This document shows, piece by piece, positions 13,121 to 24,523 of a stretch of 64,000 nucleotides of DNA. The position numbers and the translations under genes are program-made. Under the pieces are notes generated by a model that saw nothing but the letters and a program-made list of their open reading frames with translations, had not been told where the DNA came from and made no database searches. This DNA comes from Amoebophrya sp. A120 (lineage: Eukaryota > Protista > Dinoflagellata). The stretch is taken from positions 9,386,715-9,450,714 of the forward strand of contig CAJINV010000004.1 in NCBI GenBank assembly GCA_905178155.1, written 5' to 3'. The stretch's first letter is position 1. Each line of letters opens with the position of its first letter.

Positions 13121-16100
13121 ATGAGCGCACAAGCTTTAGCCCCCGCAGCAGGGAGGAACCCGGCTGCAGGCGACAGCAGACTTCATGCCGGGCGGGAGGA
13201 ACCTGCCCGAGAGCGGCGCAGGGTTAGAGTGCTGAAGAGCTTACGAGTTGGCACCTTCAATGTACGTACGTTGGGGGTGCAAGAGGACGATGGGACCAGA
13301 ACGGTGGAGAGGGAGTGCTTGTTGAGAGATGCTAGAGAGCGGAAGTTGGATGTGCTGGCAACACAAGAATCTCGGGTGACGGAATGGATCAATGGAGAAA
13401 AGCTTGATGAGTACGTGCTTTATGGAGGCGGAGCTTGGAAAAACGCCGCAGGTGCTGCTGTTGGCGGAGTTCTATTCTTGATACGATCAAGCTTAGAAGT
13501 GGTGGGTTATGAGGATGAGCAGTGGGGCCGCCACGCGCGTATTTCATTACGAACGCCACAGGGCCAGAGAGTGCATGTGCACGGATGTTACGCCCCGACC
13601 AACGCCGCAGACCGGGAAACAAAAGACCTCTTTTGGAACCGGGTCGCGCAGAAGGTGGCCGCGCACAGTAGTAGGGATGTTGTAGTGGCGGTGGGCGACT
13701 TCAACGCGGAGTTTACTGGCGGCCCACAGTGGGAGTTGATAGAAGCTGGGCTTCCGTTTACCGTCGGGCCGTGTGGCCTAACCTCCAAGTTTGCGCACGA
13801 GTCGGACAACGCGACCAGACTCCAGAGCTTCGCCGCGGAGGCAGAGTTGGTCGACGTTTCTTCGATGTGTAAAAAACCATGGTCCCGACGCTTCACCTTC
13901 CAGGGGGAGTGGAAGGGGGCGCGCAACAAGCGGGAGTACGACCATATCCTCATAAGCTGGAAACACCGTGCCCGGGCGCACGGTTTCAGGGTACATGGCG
14001 ACACGAATACCTTCAGCGACCACCGACTGGTGGTGGTTGAAATCGCAATGTGGATTGCCAAAAAAGAAAAGGCCCCCACGACAGGAGCTGCATGGGTCAG
14101 AACCAAGCAAGCAGCGGAGCAGGTCAGCAGGGAGCTGGAAAAAGTTTATAACATCGAGGCAACTCCGCACGCCATTGAGACGGGGGATAGGAGCACAGAC
14201 CAGTGGTGGGGGGAGTTCGAAGAAGTCCTCGTAGCCACCATAGACAAGCTCAGCAGAAAAGCAGCGACAAAGAAAGGCCCCCGCAAGCCCTGGATAAGTA
14301 CAGCAACATGGGAAAAAATCGAAGAACGTAAGCGACTGATGACAAAGGAGGGGCGGACAAACAAGCTGAGGCGCAGCAGGCTTGGCCGGGTCATCCGGAT
14401 GTGCATCAAGGAAGACAAAAAGGCCTGGGTGGTCGACAAGCTGGAAGAGCTCCGCCGGGCCGACAACGCCGGAAATTCCCGGGAGGTGTTTGAAGTTGTG
14501 CGGCAGCTTGCGGGGAAATCAAGAAAACCGGCACAGGAATTGCCAGGGAGCCCGGAAATCTGGACCAGTTTCTGGGGGCAGATCCTGGGCGAGCCCCGGC
14601 CGGAGCCCCCCGAGGAGACAAAAAGCACAAAGAGCTACGCAAAGTGCACCGAGGCACTAGCGGAAGACGACAAACCAGCATGGTGCCACGGTTTGGAAGG
14701 GGTCCCAAGCGAGTCCGAGGTGGTCGAGGCCTTGCGCGGGCTAAAAGCGGGAAAAGCTTACGCGGGAGCAGCGCCTGCAGAACTAATACGCGACTGCGCG
14801 CTGGCGCGTGCCGTCGTAGTTTCACTAGTCCGGCGGGTCTTCCGGGGAGAGGAAGTCCCCGAAGCCTGGGGCCGGGCGGTGTTGGCAATGCTCCACAAGA
14901 AAGGGGACAAGAGCCAGGCAAAAAACTACCGGCCGATTGCCTTGCTGACGTTTGGCGAAAAACTTCTTGGACTTATAATTTTGAAGCGAATCGAAAAAGA
15001 AGCAGCGGCAACGATCGACAAAAGGCAAAAAGGGTGCACGCGCGGACTGAGCTGCCGGCATGGCGTCTTCCAGATCCTGCGCGACATGGAAAAATGCAAA
15101 CGGGAAGGGCGCCGGGCGTATCTTATCTTTGCGGACTTCCTCAAAGCCTTCGACAGCTTGGGGTGGGACGTGATGCACAAGATCCTGAAACACCAAGGCC
15201 TCCCGGAGTACATCGGTCGAGTAGTGCGCAGCATGTACGATAGCAACGCAAAAATCTGCATTAGACTGGCGCGGGATCGGTGGACAAAGGACATCAAGCA
15301 ACGGGCAGGAATCAGGCAGGGGAGCTCTCTTTCCCCCTTGATTTTCGCTATTGTCCTGGACTTTGCAATTACCCAGTTCGCGCGGGTAATGGAGGCCGAA
15401 AAGAAGTGGAGTCTTGCTCAGGCTAGGGGCATGGCGATGAGCCTGCTGGGTTTTGTTGATGACTTGGTGGTCAAGGCCAATGACGAAGAAGACGCGCAGT
15501 TCGCAGTGCGCGAACTGGCAGGGGCGTGCCGGTTTGTGGGGCTGGAACTGAACCCAGACAAGGGAAAAACGGAGGTCATGGTCGTAAACCAGCAGAGCAG
15601 GGAGAGGAAAAACGAATTTGCGATGACAGAGCGGTGCATGATCAGCGAAGAAGAGGGGGTCAAGGCAGTCCATGGGTTCCTCGTGGAATGGGACGGCATC
15701 GACCTGGTTCGAGAATACCGCGCTGCCGCGGCAGCGGTGTCAACGAAGCTGATGGGGGACTTGGTCCCCACCCACCTTGCCGTGTGGGACAACGGACTCC
15801 TCAACATCATCAAGATGAAGGCATCCGGGTGGGCCACGCTCGACAACGGCAGGGCCATGCGGATCACGAGGCTAGGCCGCCGGGAGTACATCCTCGAGAA
15901 ACACAACCAGCACCGTTGCCCGAGGTGCGGCGATGTGTTGGAGGATGCCACCGCGCTGAAGTACCACCTGGCCACCGGGTTCTGCCGCAAGGACAAAACC
16001 ATACAGGAACAGAGAACCCTACGGGTGGCCAGACAGGTAGAGGGAAAGAAGAAAAGCGAAAAGGCGGCAGCGGTGGCGGAGCCTGTTCACGTATGGCATG

Positions 16101-17017
16101 GTGGGAAGCAAATAGCCACGGTGGAGCGTTTTGTGTACTTGGGCACAGAAATCGACCGGAATGCAACGACTACGTCCGAAACGAAAAGGCGATGCGCGAT
16201 GGCGCTGAGCACAGTTAAGTCGTTGACAAAAATCTGGCGCGACAAAGAAGTACCGAAACACCTCAAGGCAGGGCTCTACCGCGCGTTGTCGCTAAGCGTC
16301 GCCCTGTACAACGCCGAAACCTGGGCGACTTCGGAAGAAGACGAGAAGATCCTTCGGAGCTTTCAGACCCAGGCGCTGCGCCACATCCTCGGTTATTGGG
16401 ATTGGCAGGGCGCGCCTTCCCGCGACCAGATGTGCCGCATGCTTGGGGTCCAGGCTATCGAAGTAGAGCTTCGGGAAAAACGGATATCCTGGATCGCACA
16501 CACAGCACGGGACACAACCGGGGAGGGTTCTTTGTCCCGTGTCAGGACAGAAATCCAGGAAAAAACGCCATGGGGCCGCAAAGCCGCAGAAGACCTCGAG
16601 TTTTACAACTTCAGCCTCGACGACTTGGTGGCACAAAAGCCAACGGGCGCGGCCACAAGGGAAACGCTGACACGGCGACGGCCCTACGCCACTGGGAGAA
16701 GGGAGCAAAAGAAGAAAGGGCCCGAGCGGGGAAAGCGGTCGAAAAAGGCGGAGAAAATGCTTGAGGAGAGGCGCCTTCGGCTCGAACAACAGAAAGCTGA
16801 ACAAGCTGAAGCTGCTGCAGCTCTTGTAGAAAAACTTTCAGGAAAAAAGTGGAGAGCTTCAACGAGTAGGCCGGGGCAGTGGGAGGTGGAAGGGGACCCA
16901 GAGGTGGCTTTCGAAGTCAGTGACGTCTATTTCTGCGAAAACTCAGGAAAGGAAGAAATGAACGTAGCAGGGGTGTGGTTCGTACGGGAAAACGACGGAA
17001 CTTTTGTGTTGCGATAG
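13121..17017 (+). CDS. LINE ORF2: APE endonuclease plus reverse transcriptase (1298 aa)
   Basis: APE motifs GTFNVRTL, ATQESR, GDFNA, YDHIL, SDHRLV; RT motifs NYRPIALL, FADFLKAFDS, GIRQGSSLSP, FVDDL, YLGT. Confidence 0.95.
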   Translation: MSAQALAPAAGRNPAAGDSRLHAGREEPARERRRVRVLKSLRVGTFNVRTLGVQEDDGTRTVERECLLRDARERKLDVLATQESRVTEWINGEKLDEYVLYGGGAWKNAAGAAVGGVLFLIRSSLEVVGYEDEQWGRHARISLRTPQGQRVHVHGCYAPTNAADRETKDLFWNRVAQKVAAHSSRDVVVAVGDFNAEFTGGPQWELIEAGLPFTVGPCGLTSKFAHESDNATRLQSFAAEAELVDVSSMCKKPWSRRFTFQGEWKGARNKREYDHILISWKHRARAHGFRVHGDTNTFSDHRLVVVEIAMWIAKKEKAPTTGAAWVRTKQAAEQVSRELEKVYNIEATPHAIETGDRSTDQWWGEFEEVLVATIDKLSRKAATKKGPRKPWISTATWEKIEERKRLMTKEGRTNKLRRSRLGRVIRMCIKEDKKAWVVDKLEELRRADNAGNSREVFEVVRQLAGKSRKPAQELPGSPEIWTSFWGQILGEPRPEPPEETKSTKSYAKCTEALAEDDKPAWCHGLEGVPSESEVVEALRGLKAGKAYAGAAPAELIRDCALARAVVVSLVRRVFRGEEVPEAWGRAVLAMLHKKGDKSQAKNYRPIALLTFGEKLLGLIILKRIEKEAAATIDKRQKGCTRGLSCRHGVFQILRDMEKCKREGRRAYLIFADFLKAFDSLGWDVMHKILKHQGLPEYIGRVVRSMYDSNAKICIRLARDRWTKDIKQRAGIRQGSSLSPLIFAIVLDFAITQFARVMEAEKKWSLAQARGMAMSLLGFVDDLVVKANDEEDAQFAVRELAGACRFVGLELNPDKGKTEVMVVNQQSRERKNEFAMTERCMISEEEGVKAVHGFLVEWDGIDLVREYRAAAAAVSTKLMGDLVPTHLAVWDNGLLNIIKMKASGWATLDNGRAMRITRLGRREYILEKHNQHRCPRCGDVLEDATALKYHLATGFCRKDKTIQEQRTLRVARQVEGKKKSEKAAAVAEPVHVWHGGKQIATVERFVYLGTEIDRNATTTSETKRRCAMALSTVKSLTKIWRDKEVPKHLKAGLYRALSLSVALYNAETWATSEEDEKILRSFQTQALRHILGYWDWQGAPSRDQMCRMLGVQAIEVELREKRISWIAHTARDTTGEGSLSRVRTEIQEKTPWGRKAAEDLEFYNFSLDDLVAQKPTGAATRETLTRRRPYATGRREQKKKGPERGKRSKKAEKMLEERRLRLEQQKAEQAEAAAALVEKLSGKKWRASTSRPGQWEVEGDPEVAFEVSDVYFCENSGKEEMNVAGVWFVRENDGTFVLR

Positions 17018-17791
17018 ACGAGCCTTACACCCCTGGAAGGAAAAGAAGATGATAGTAGTGCACGCACATCCACGATTCAATCGATTAATTTCAGAGCGGT
17101 TAACTGAAACAGGATAATGCGTCGAACTGAACTGAACTGAACTTTGTGAGAAAGAAGGAGAAGGATGTCCTCAGAGATACAGAAGAACATGAATCGCAAG
17201 AGTAACGAGAACGAACCTAACGCAAATCGAAATCCCCAACTGAATTACACGAGCATGAACCTGTTTTCTCGACGTAGCAGCTTCAAGAGCATGCGTGAGA
17301 TAAAGTAAAAGCATATGTGTTAATACGACCTATCACCAGACGCCAGCAGGCGCTTCGTCACGTTCGTATTTTCTCGTGAATCTGCTTCTTCCTTGGGTCG
17401 ATCGTCTTCATCATCGTGGGTCGTAGCTTTCATCGATCTATCGTTGTCGTAATATAGTCGTAACTTTTCTTCTTCTTGGACGAAGAACAGTCAGCCAGAT
17501 CGATAGCATGGTGAGGTTCTTGATGTCGTGGTCGTATCTAAAATGTTGTTGTATTGCTATTGGCGACAAAAGAAAATGAAAAATTTTGATGGTGCTTCGA
17601 TTCAAGTTTTCTTTTTCATTTCTGCAAGGGCTCCTAGCAATTCCTGGTCCTACTGTGAAACAGAAATGTGTCCGTCAAGGCAAATAGGGAAGGAGTTGTA
17701 GACCACCGATATTGCATTTTCTGTTTCATCAGCCGGGGGATCTATACTTGGTCTGCATCTTTTAGGTCGAAGTACTGCACCAAGTGAGAAA

Positions 17792-18997
17792 ATGTCGTTC
17801 TGCAGTTCTTGTCCATGCTTCGCCAGCAGCGAAGGAGACGACGAGAACACCTCCGCCACGGATTTAAAGCAAGTTGTCGTCGATAAGAAAAAAAAGAAGA
17901 CAACATCTCAGAACCGCAAAAAGTCGACCGACAGTGCAGGAGATGCCGACCAGTCGGAAGCCGCGCCGCTATTGAAGAACGACAGCAAGAAACGGGACAG
18001 CAAGGGGACCACGACGTCGTCGACCAAGGGGGAAGGCAAGAATAAACGGTCCTCCAGACCATCAAAAGGCAAGGGCAAGGACCAGCCCCCCGATGAAGAA
18101 CCAGAGGACATCAACGACGAGAGCAACGCAGACACGACAAAAAGAGCCTCTCGCACTTCGTCTTCCGCCAAAACAGCTACACGGTCGTCGAAGAACGACC
18201 GCAGGAGCAGCAGAAAGAAATCGCAAGACGAAGCGGAGTATCAAATGCAAAAATGTCTGGGTCTGGAAACTTGTGATGCTGGGTGGCGTATCATGGGGAG
18301 GCCACAAGTGCTGGGTCAGCATGACAAGTTTCTGAGCTTCTAGGTGTTGCCTACCCTGCATGACAGACTGCGTTTCTGCATGACAGATCAATGGGGCCCT
18401 TAGGTAACGTGCATGACAGATTTAAGAGCCATGCCAGACATGCATGACAAACATGCACTCTTCCAGACCCAGACATATTTGCAATCCATACGGAGTACTA
18501 TGGTGCAACAGAAGAACAGGGAGAGCAAAACGGCAGCGCGGGCACTACTTCTGCGAAGTTGACGAAACACGAAGGATCTTTTTCCGGAAATGACGAGGAA
18601 GGCTGGGACAAGGAGGGGCACGACAAGGAGTACAGTGCGGAGAACAAGAAGGGCGACGAGGATGACTGGGAGGAAGAAGATGATGAATCCTGGCCGGCCT
18701 GGACCCTGCGTTATCCAATGTCAAATCTTAATCTAAATCTTTTTCACCACCACGAGTACGGCCCTCAATTTGTAAGAATGCAGATTTTCAATGCTCTGTC
18801 TATCACCACCTAAGCCTAGTAAGGCTAACATGTGCGCATTACAAATTGAGGGTGGACATCGAGGAGACCAACATGGTGGTGATTTTACACTGCATATGCG
18901 GCGGCAAGCCACCTTGGCACGGGACAAGAGCCTGAAAAAGATAAAGCGGCAGGAGACGGCTTTGCAAAACGCGTTCGCGAAAATTATGGAGGACTAG
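17792..18997 (+). CDS. Unknown charged low-complexity protein with Cys-rich N-terminus
   Basis: Exons 17792-18238, 18496-18711, 18902-18997 join in frame after removing two TIR elements. Confidence 0.7.
18239..18490. mobile_element. Introner-like element, family A
   Basis: tatcaaatgcaaaaatgtctgggtctggaa / ttccagacccagacatatttgcaatccata; TSD CGGAG. Confidence 0.92.
18712..18896. mobile_element. Introner-like element (degenerate TIR)
   Basis: tatccaatgtcaaatc / gattttacactgcata; TSD TGCGT/TGCGG; frame restored. Confidence 0.75.
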
Positions 18998-20116
18998 TAC
19001 AACTAGAAGATAGAGATACAGGAGTTACGTACTTCTACACAAAATTAAAAGGTCACAGTAGCGATCGCTTTTTTACTTCTCGTGTATAACTATGATCGTC
19101 ACGACTCTGTCTCCTGCGCTTATCGTACTTGGAGAAACGACGCTGATAGCGCTGCCTGGGCGGATGCAGAGCGACACTAAGATCGCTTCACTGTTTCTTT
19201 GGTTTTTCGTATTTGCAGTAGCAGTAAGTTCTTCAATATGTTTGTTTACTTATTACCGAATTTGAGTTTGGCAAAACAAAATTATCGGCAGCTCCACCTT
19301 ACTAAACTTATCTGAACGAAATGGAAATTAATCATCGGTAGCGTCTTTGCCTTCGGAGGAGGTGCGCCTTGTGATGGACGTGATTGATCACTCACAGCAC
19401 TCAAATACAATATCATCTAAAATTGATTCTGTTTGACTTAGTTTCTTGTACTAGAGTTCTTGTTTGCGTTGATAGATCATTGGATGACCAGTGCCTGTGT
19501 ACAGTTGGTTTTCATCGCTGGATGTTTATACGGATGAATATTGGAAAAATATATACGAAATAAAAAGCCGCCATTCCTTGTTGTAATGTATGGCAGAAAG
19601 AGCCATGCCCATCCGTATTGTTTCGTCGATTTTGTGGCCTTATTTGTCATCGTCTCACATAAAAAGCAATCGTTTTCTTGAAACTCGAACTCGTTGCTAG
19701 GACTCGTCTTGGTTTCTGTGTCCAAGACGGTTCCCTGTCGATCGTATCATGCTCTGCTCCTGCTCGGGTCGTTGCTTATGTGTCAGAAGCTCTCCGTCGT
19801 AAAAAGGGTACTTATGTCGTGTCATTGTCGTCAGCATCATGCTCTTTGGCGTATCTGTTTGCGCACTTTCGCCATCAAATGACAGCACTCAGCACGACCG
19901 AAATATAATGAACTTGGGAGGTGGATCTTCCTGAGCACTTAGACCGATGAATGATATAATGGAAAATTACAGCTGCGAAGCTCGACAGTAGATGATGAAG
20001 ATGAACAGCCCAGCACTTCGACAAACAAATAAAGCATGACGATGAAAAAGCGTATACTAAACACTCGCTTCTCGAGGTTTCATCAACCATGAACGCAAGA
20101 TAAATAAACTGAAAGA

Positions 20117-22799
20117 ATGGTGTGTTGCGGTTGGTGTTGCGGTGACGACACCGAGCTTCTAGTCGATGCCGATACCCCGGCGAAGGACCAATTGCGCCAG
20201 GTCGTCGTAGACCATTCGAAGGCGGCTGTAGTTGCGGTCGACGTCGACGACAGCACCACGGCATTGGAAAATGTCCCACTGATGGCAGCATCCACAGCTT
20301 TTGAGGAAGCAAGCGCAGCACAGGAAAATCTTACCCCCGACGATGTAGACCCAGGCGGTGTTCTTCCAGCAGCTCCCAAGAAAGAAGATCAAGAGCGCAA
20401 GTCAAAACTGATTCCACCCTTGACTTTTTTACCGACGCCCGCCATCAAAAGCAGTATTCGGACCAGTGCAGGGTCGTCTGTTGCTGCTCCTAATGCAGCA
20501 TCTCGAAGATCGTCTACCAACTCCAACACCACAACAGCATCGACCCAAATAAATCTCCAACCTTCCGGAGATCAGGCGCAGCGCAACAGTGCGGCGGCCC
20601 GTCGGCCTTCCGGGTCGAGTTTTCAGTTGAAGCCGCGGATTTCGGGGTTTAATTTTGTCGGAACTACGCAGAAAAAACCGCTGGGAGGTGAAGCCACCAC
20701 AAGTACCTCAACGATCATCCCCCGGCCCAGTGAGGACGATGAAGATGGTGCAGCTCCTGCTGGTGTTGATCCACGACCTCGAGGAACTACATCCTCAAAT
20801 GCGGGCAGCAAAAAATCTTCCATAACGAGCTACTCGGAGCGAACTACAGGTGGAACAGCTTCGCCACTTAATCTCTCACCCACCGGTGCGAAAAGAACGG
20901 TTACGCAAACGAAGTCGCAATTTTCCTTTGGTGAGGAGGGGGTGTACGGCGAACTCCGCACGACAACCGATGAGCACCACGACAACAACGATCACGAGCA
21001 ATTGCACGACGAAGTGCGGGAACAGATCGCGAACATCGATAAGGTTTTGAAACACGAGGAATCTACGTTGAACAGTCGCGACTTCCGCAGCCTGATTCGG
21101 CGCGAGGAGGAGGACCATTTACGCGGCCTGCCCTCGTTCGTCCACAAAGCGAAAGCGGGGCTGAAAACCGCGGTGACTGGTCTGTCTGAAGTCGGCGACA
21201 GTAGTACAACGACCCGGGATGGTACTAGCTTAACCGACGCATCATCAGTCGGAAGGAGGACCGGCGACGGGGAGAAAATGTTTCGCGACGCGGCGGAAGG
21301 TGTGAAACTGAAAAGTGAGGAAAGCGTTGTTCCACCCAGGAGTGCGAGTGCCAATAGCAGTGGTGGACGTTCTGGTCCGTCTCAGCAAACTACTACACAA
21401 GCATCTTCTATCCCAAGATTGTCCTCAAGGCCGGAAAGTGAAAGAGTTCCCTCGATCCCCAGCGCCGAAGATCGCTCGTTTATCAAATTTCCGTCCGCAT
21501 TGCGGAATGTCAGCGGCGCTTCCGGATCCCGAGCTACGGGTGGTGTCCCGAGTGCGTTCAAGGACTACAGCTCGGCCGGGGATTCGATACTGCGCTCGGA
21601 CGACAGTACTATGATCCCCTCCTCGGGAGTAGCTGCACCTGGTGCACAGCCGACCAGCAGCGGGATGTCGTCCAATATCAGCAGTTATGCCTCGCAGAAC
21701 AGTGTTGACTCGCGAATCACAGAACAAGTATCGCAGATGAACAAAGACAACAAACGGGGTGGAAACATCAATACGAATACGTCGAATAGGCCTAGCTCCT
21801 CGGCCGCCAGCATTCTCGACGACTCCCGCGTGACGGAGCAAACGCAGAACTATCATGCGCAAAATTGATATCTTCGTGCCCGTACTGATTGCACTCGTGC
21901 GTGACAGGTGTGTCTTTTTACTAGTCAGCGACATACTCTTGTTCGTTGATTCTGGAAAACGAAAAGCTTGTGGTGTAATTAGTACAAACTCACACGATAT
22001 TATTTTTGAACTGCATAAGAACAAGCGAGGCACCACCACCACTGCGGCTACATTCACGTTCGGCACTACCGTTCTCTCCGCCCCAGGAACTGCAGCTGGA
22101 CAAAGGGACAAGGAGGGGGGTGCGACGGTAGTACACGGTGTAAAACAAGGAGAACTACACCCGGCAGGGCACACGCATACAGCTACCTTCGGGGATAGCG
22201 ATGTTGAGGCTGCTGCTGAACAACAGCAAAACCGTCAAACCAATAACAGTAAGTCGGAGATGAATTACGTGGAAGGCGAGCACCATCGGGAAAGGGATGG
22301 CTCAACATCAGGGTTCCAGTGGTCATCCTCCTCCTCATCCGCTTCGGGGAATGATTCTAGCAACGGGGTGGACGACGACGTGGCAGCTCCCGTGGGCGTC
22401 GTGAGGAACAAGGAAGCGTCGAATCGCAGGGCAACTCCTGATTTCGGTACAACCACGACTGCTTCGCCTGCTCTCATTCCGTCACCGTCGATACCAACCA
22501 GAACCATCGTCTCGACCAGCCCGAACAGCCGAAAACCCGGTGCAGTTGATGCGCAGGAACGACCCAGAAGTAGAGGAATGACAGCCCCGAAAGGTGTTAG
22601 CATTCCCAGTAATACCATCACATCTATCTCGCCCCACATGTCCGCGGCAGCGCGTCTAGCGGCACGGCGGTCGGCGGCTAGAGCGAAAGCGACTGCAGCT
22701 TCGGGCACTGGGAGAGGAGGTAATGTTCCTACTTCTTCATCTTCTACCGGTGTGGTAGATCATGCTAAGAAGACGTCGGCGGGGGATGATGTTATGTAG
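20117..22799 (+). CDS. Unknown Ser/Thr-rich disordered protein with N-terminal CCGWCC
   Basis: Exons 20117-21850 and 22023-22799 join in frame. Confidence 0.75.
21851..22017. mobile_element. Introner-like element, degenerate family B
   Basis: tatcatgcgcaaaattgatatc / gatattatttttgaactgcata; TSD AGAAC; frame restored. Confidence 0.8.
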
Positions 22800-23734
22800 G
22801 GAGCGGTCGGAGTGAACCTGAAAACCAGGAGCCTGTTACCTCCAAAATACACAGCTTCGAAATTGACTTCGTTTTAGGCTTTACAGAAACAATTGACATG
22901 AACTAATCACAGCTAACACTAACGTAAACTAATTTTTGGCTTGCTCCTTATTATACACAGTTTCTTGAAAATACACCTTCTGGTAGAAGTTGGCAGTTAC
23001 TTGCTACAGAAGTTTGAAATTGAAAAATGCGGACTTGAAACCTTTCTTGACTGATTTGAAAACCTGTATCTGAAGTTGATATTGACAGCTATTTCGCTTC
23101 TCCTGAAAAATTTGCACATCGATCGATCGTCGCCGTGGTTACGACCAGCACCAGCAGTCTTGCGGAGATCGAAATTCAAATTGACATCTACGTTTGGCTT
23201 TGGACAACTACTACTACATTGAAATCGAAAATTAGTTTTGGATGATTGATGAAAAGATATGACACGGTGGAGCCATGGACATGGTCATGGACATCGTGTT
23301 GGTCGACTGCGCCTGCCACGTCATACGCAAGTACAACGGGTTTCGCTCCGGCATTGCTCAGTAAGTCGGCTCTATTTCGTTCTACTTGCTCTATCGTAGA
23401 CTCGTTTTCGCGCTGCGTCATCGTTATTTCGATATTGTTGAGCTCTTATTTCGTGGGTAAAGCTTTCGTGTCTTTTCAGCAGCGGAGGGCTGGTCGAGCT
23501 CGAGGGTGACAACATAATCGTTCTTCACATTTCGTGAATCGTGGTCATCTTCACGTAGCGACGCTGGTTTTGTGTAAACGTGCTTGTCATAAACATCATC
23601 TCATCAATTTTCCTCTGCAGCAACACGACCACAGGCGTTTGGCCGATTTAGTTTTTGATTCTGCTGCTGAAAGAGAAAATCGAAGAAAAAGACTGTAGTG
23701 TACGAATAGAAAACCGCAGTCAACTACAGGAACA

Positions 23735-23881
23735 ATGGCCTCCGCCTTGATGATCTGCGGCGGTGGCGTGCTGACGCTGCTTTTTTTGAAATTCCTGGGC
23801 CAGTCAGTGAAGAAAAAGCGGAAAGCGACGGGTTCGAAGTACCAAGCAGGTGGCGGTGCTGCACGGGGGAAGAAAAAATGA
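23735..23881 (+). CDS. Possible 48-aa small membrane protein
   Basis: MASALMICGGGVLTLLFLKFLGQSVKKKRKATGSKYQAGGGAARGKKK*: hydrophobic N-terminus and basic tail. Confidence 0.35.
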   Translation: MASALMICGGGVLTLLFLKFLGQSVKKKRKATGSKYQAGGGAARGKKK

Positions 23882-24130
23882 ACAGGAGGATATTGCTGTA
23901 GTTGCTGGCCGTCGTGAATTTCTCAAACAGAAGATAATTTTTCAAGAAAGCTAGTTATCGAGCTAGTCGTGTTAACCAGTATCGTCAGTCCGATCTCGAA
24001 CAGGTAAAGCTCAAAAGTGTGGCTTTGATTTGACCCTTGTTCATCTCTTGATGACTTCGAGTGTCGTCTTAAAGTAAGATTGTTCTTCGAGTATCGGCGT
24101 ACCCAGGCCACGACACTACCGAGGCGACGT

Positions 24131-24168
24131 CATGCATGTATACGAGTGCGATACTTTTGCAATTCATA
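24131..24168. mobile_element. Solo right end of a family B element
   Basis: catgcatgtatacgagtgcgatacttttgcaattcata, with no matching left TIR seen. Confidence 0.65.
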
Positions 24169-24523
24169 GGGCAACAACCGTGGCGAAAAAAGCTTTAGTA
24201 CAACAACATCGGTGTACTTACTATGGTGAGCTTCGGATTCGGTTATATGTACAACTAGTCGGTATCATTTCAGTTGTCGTGCGCGCGGTGCCATCATATT
24301 TGACAATCTATGAAAATAAGCTATACCTAAAGCAAATACTAGGCAAATTAATATAACTCCCAGGCCGCTGCTCCTCGCATGAAGTGTTGCTAATACCAAC
24401 ATTATTTCTTGTTATCTTGAAGAACAACTAACTTACTTTTTCGCTTCTTCACCTGTACTTGAGTATTTACTTAATTTATCTTTCCATTATAAAGTGCAAC
24501 TTCTATCGCGTGCTCGCATAATC

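Larger units (their letters stand above)
10468..17140 (+). mobile_element. Full-length two-ORF non-LTR retrotransposon (APE-RT LINE, RTE/RTEX-like)
   Basis: TSD ACTTTGTGAGAAAG at 10454-10467 and 17141-17154; 3' tail (GAACT)4 overlapping the TSD; intact ORF1 and ORF2. Confidence 0.9.
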
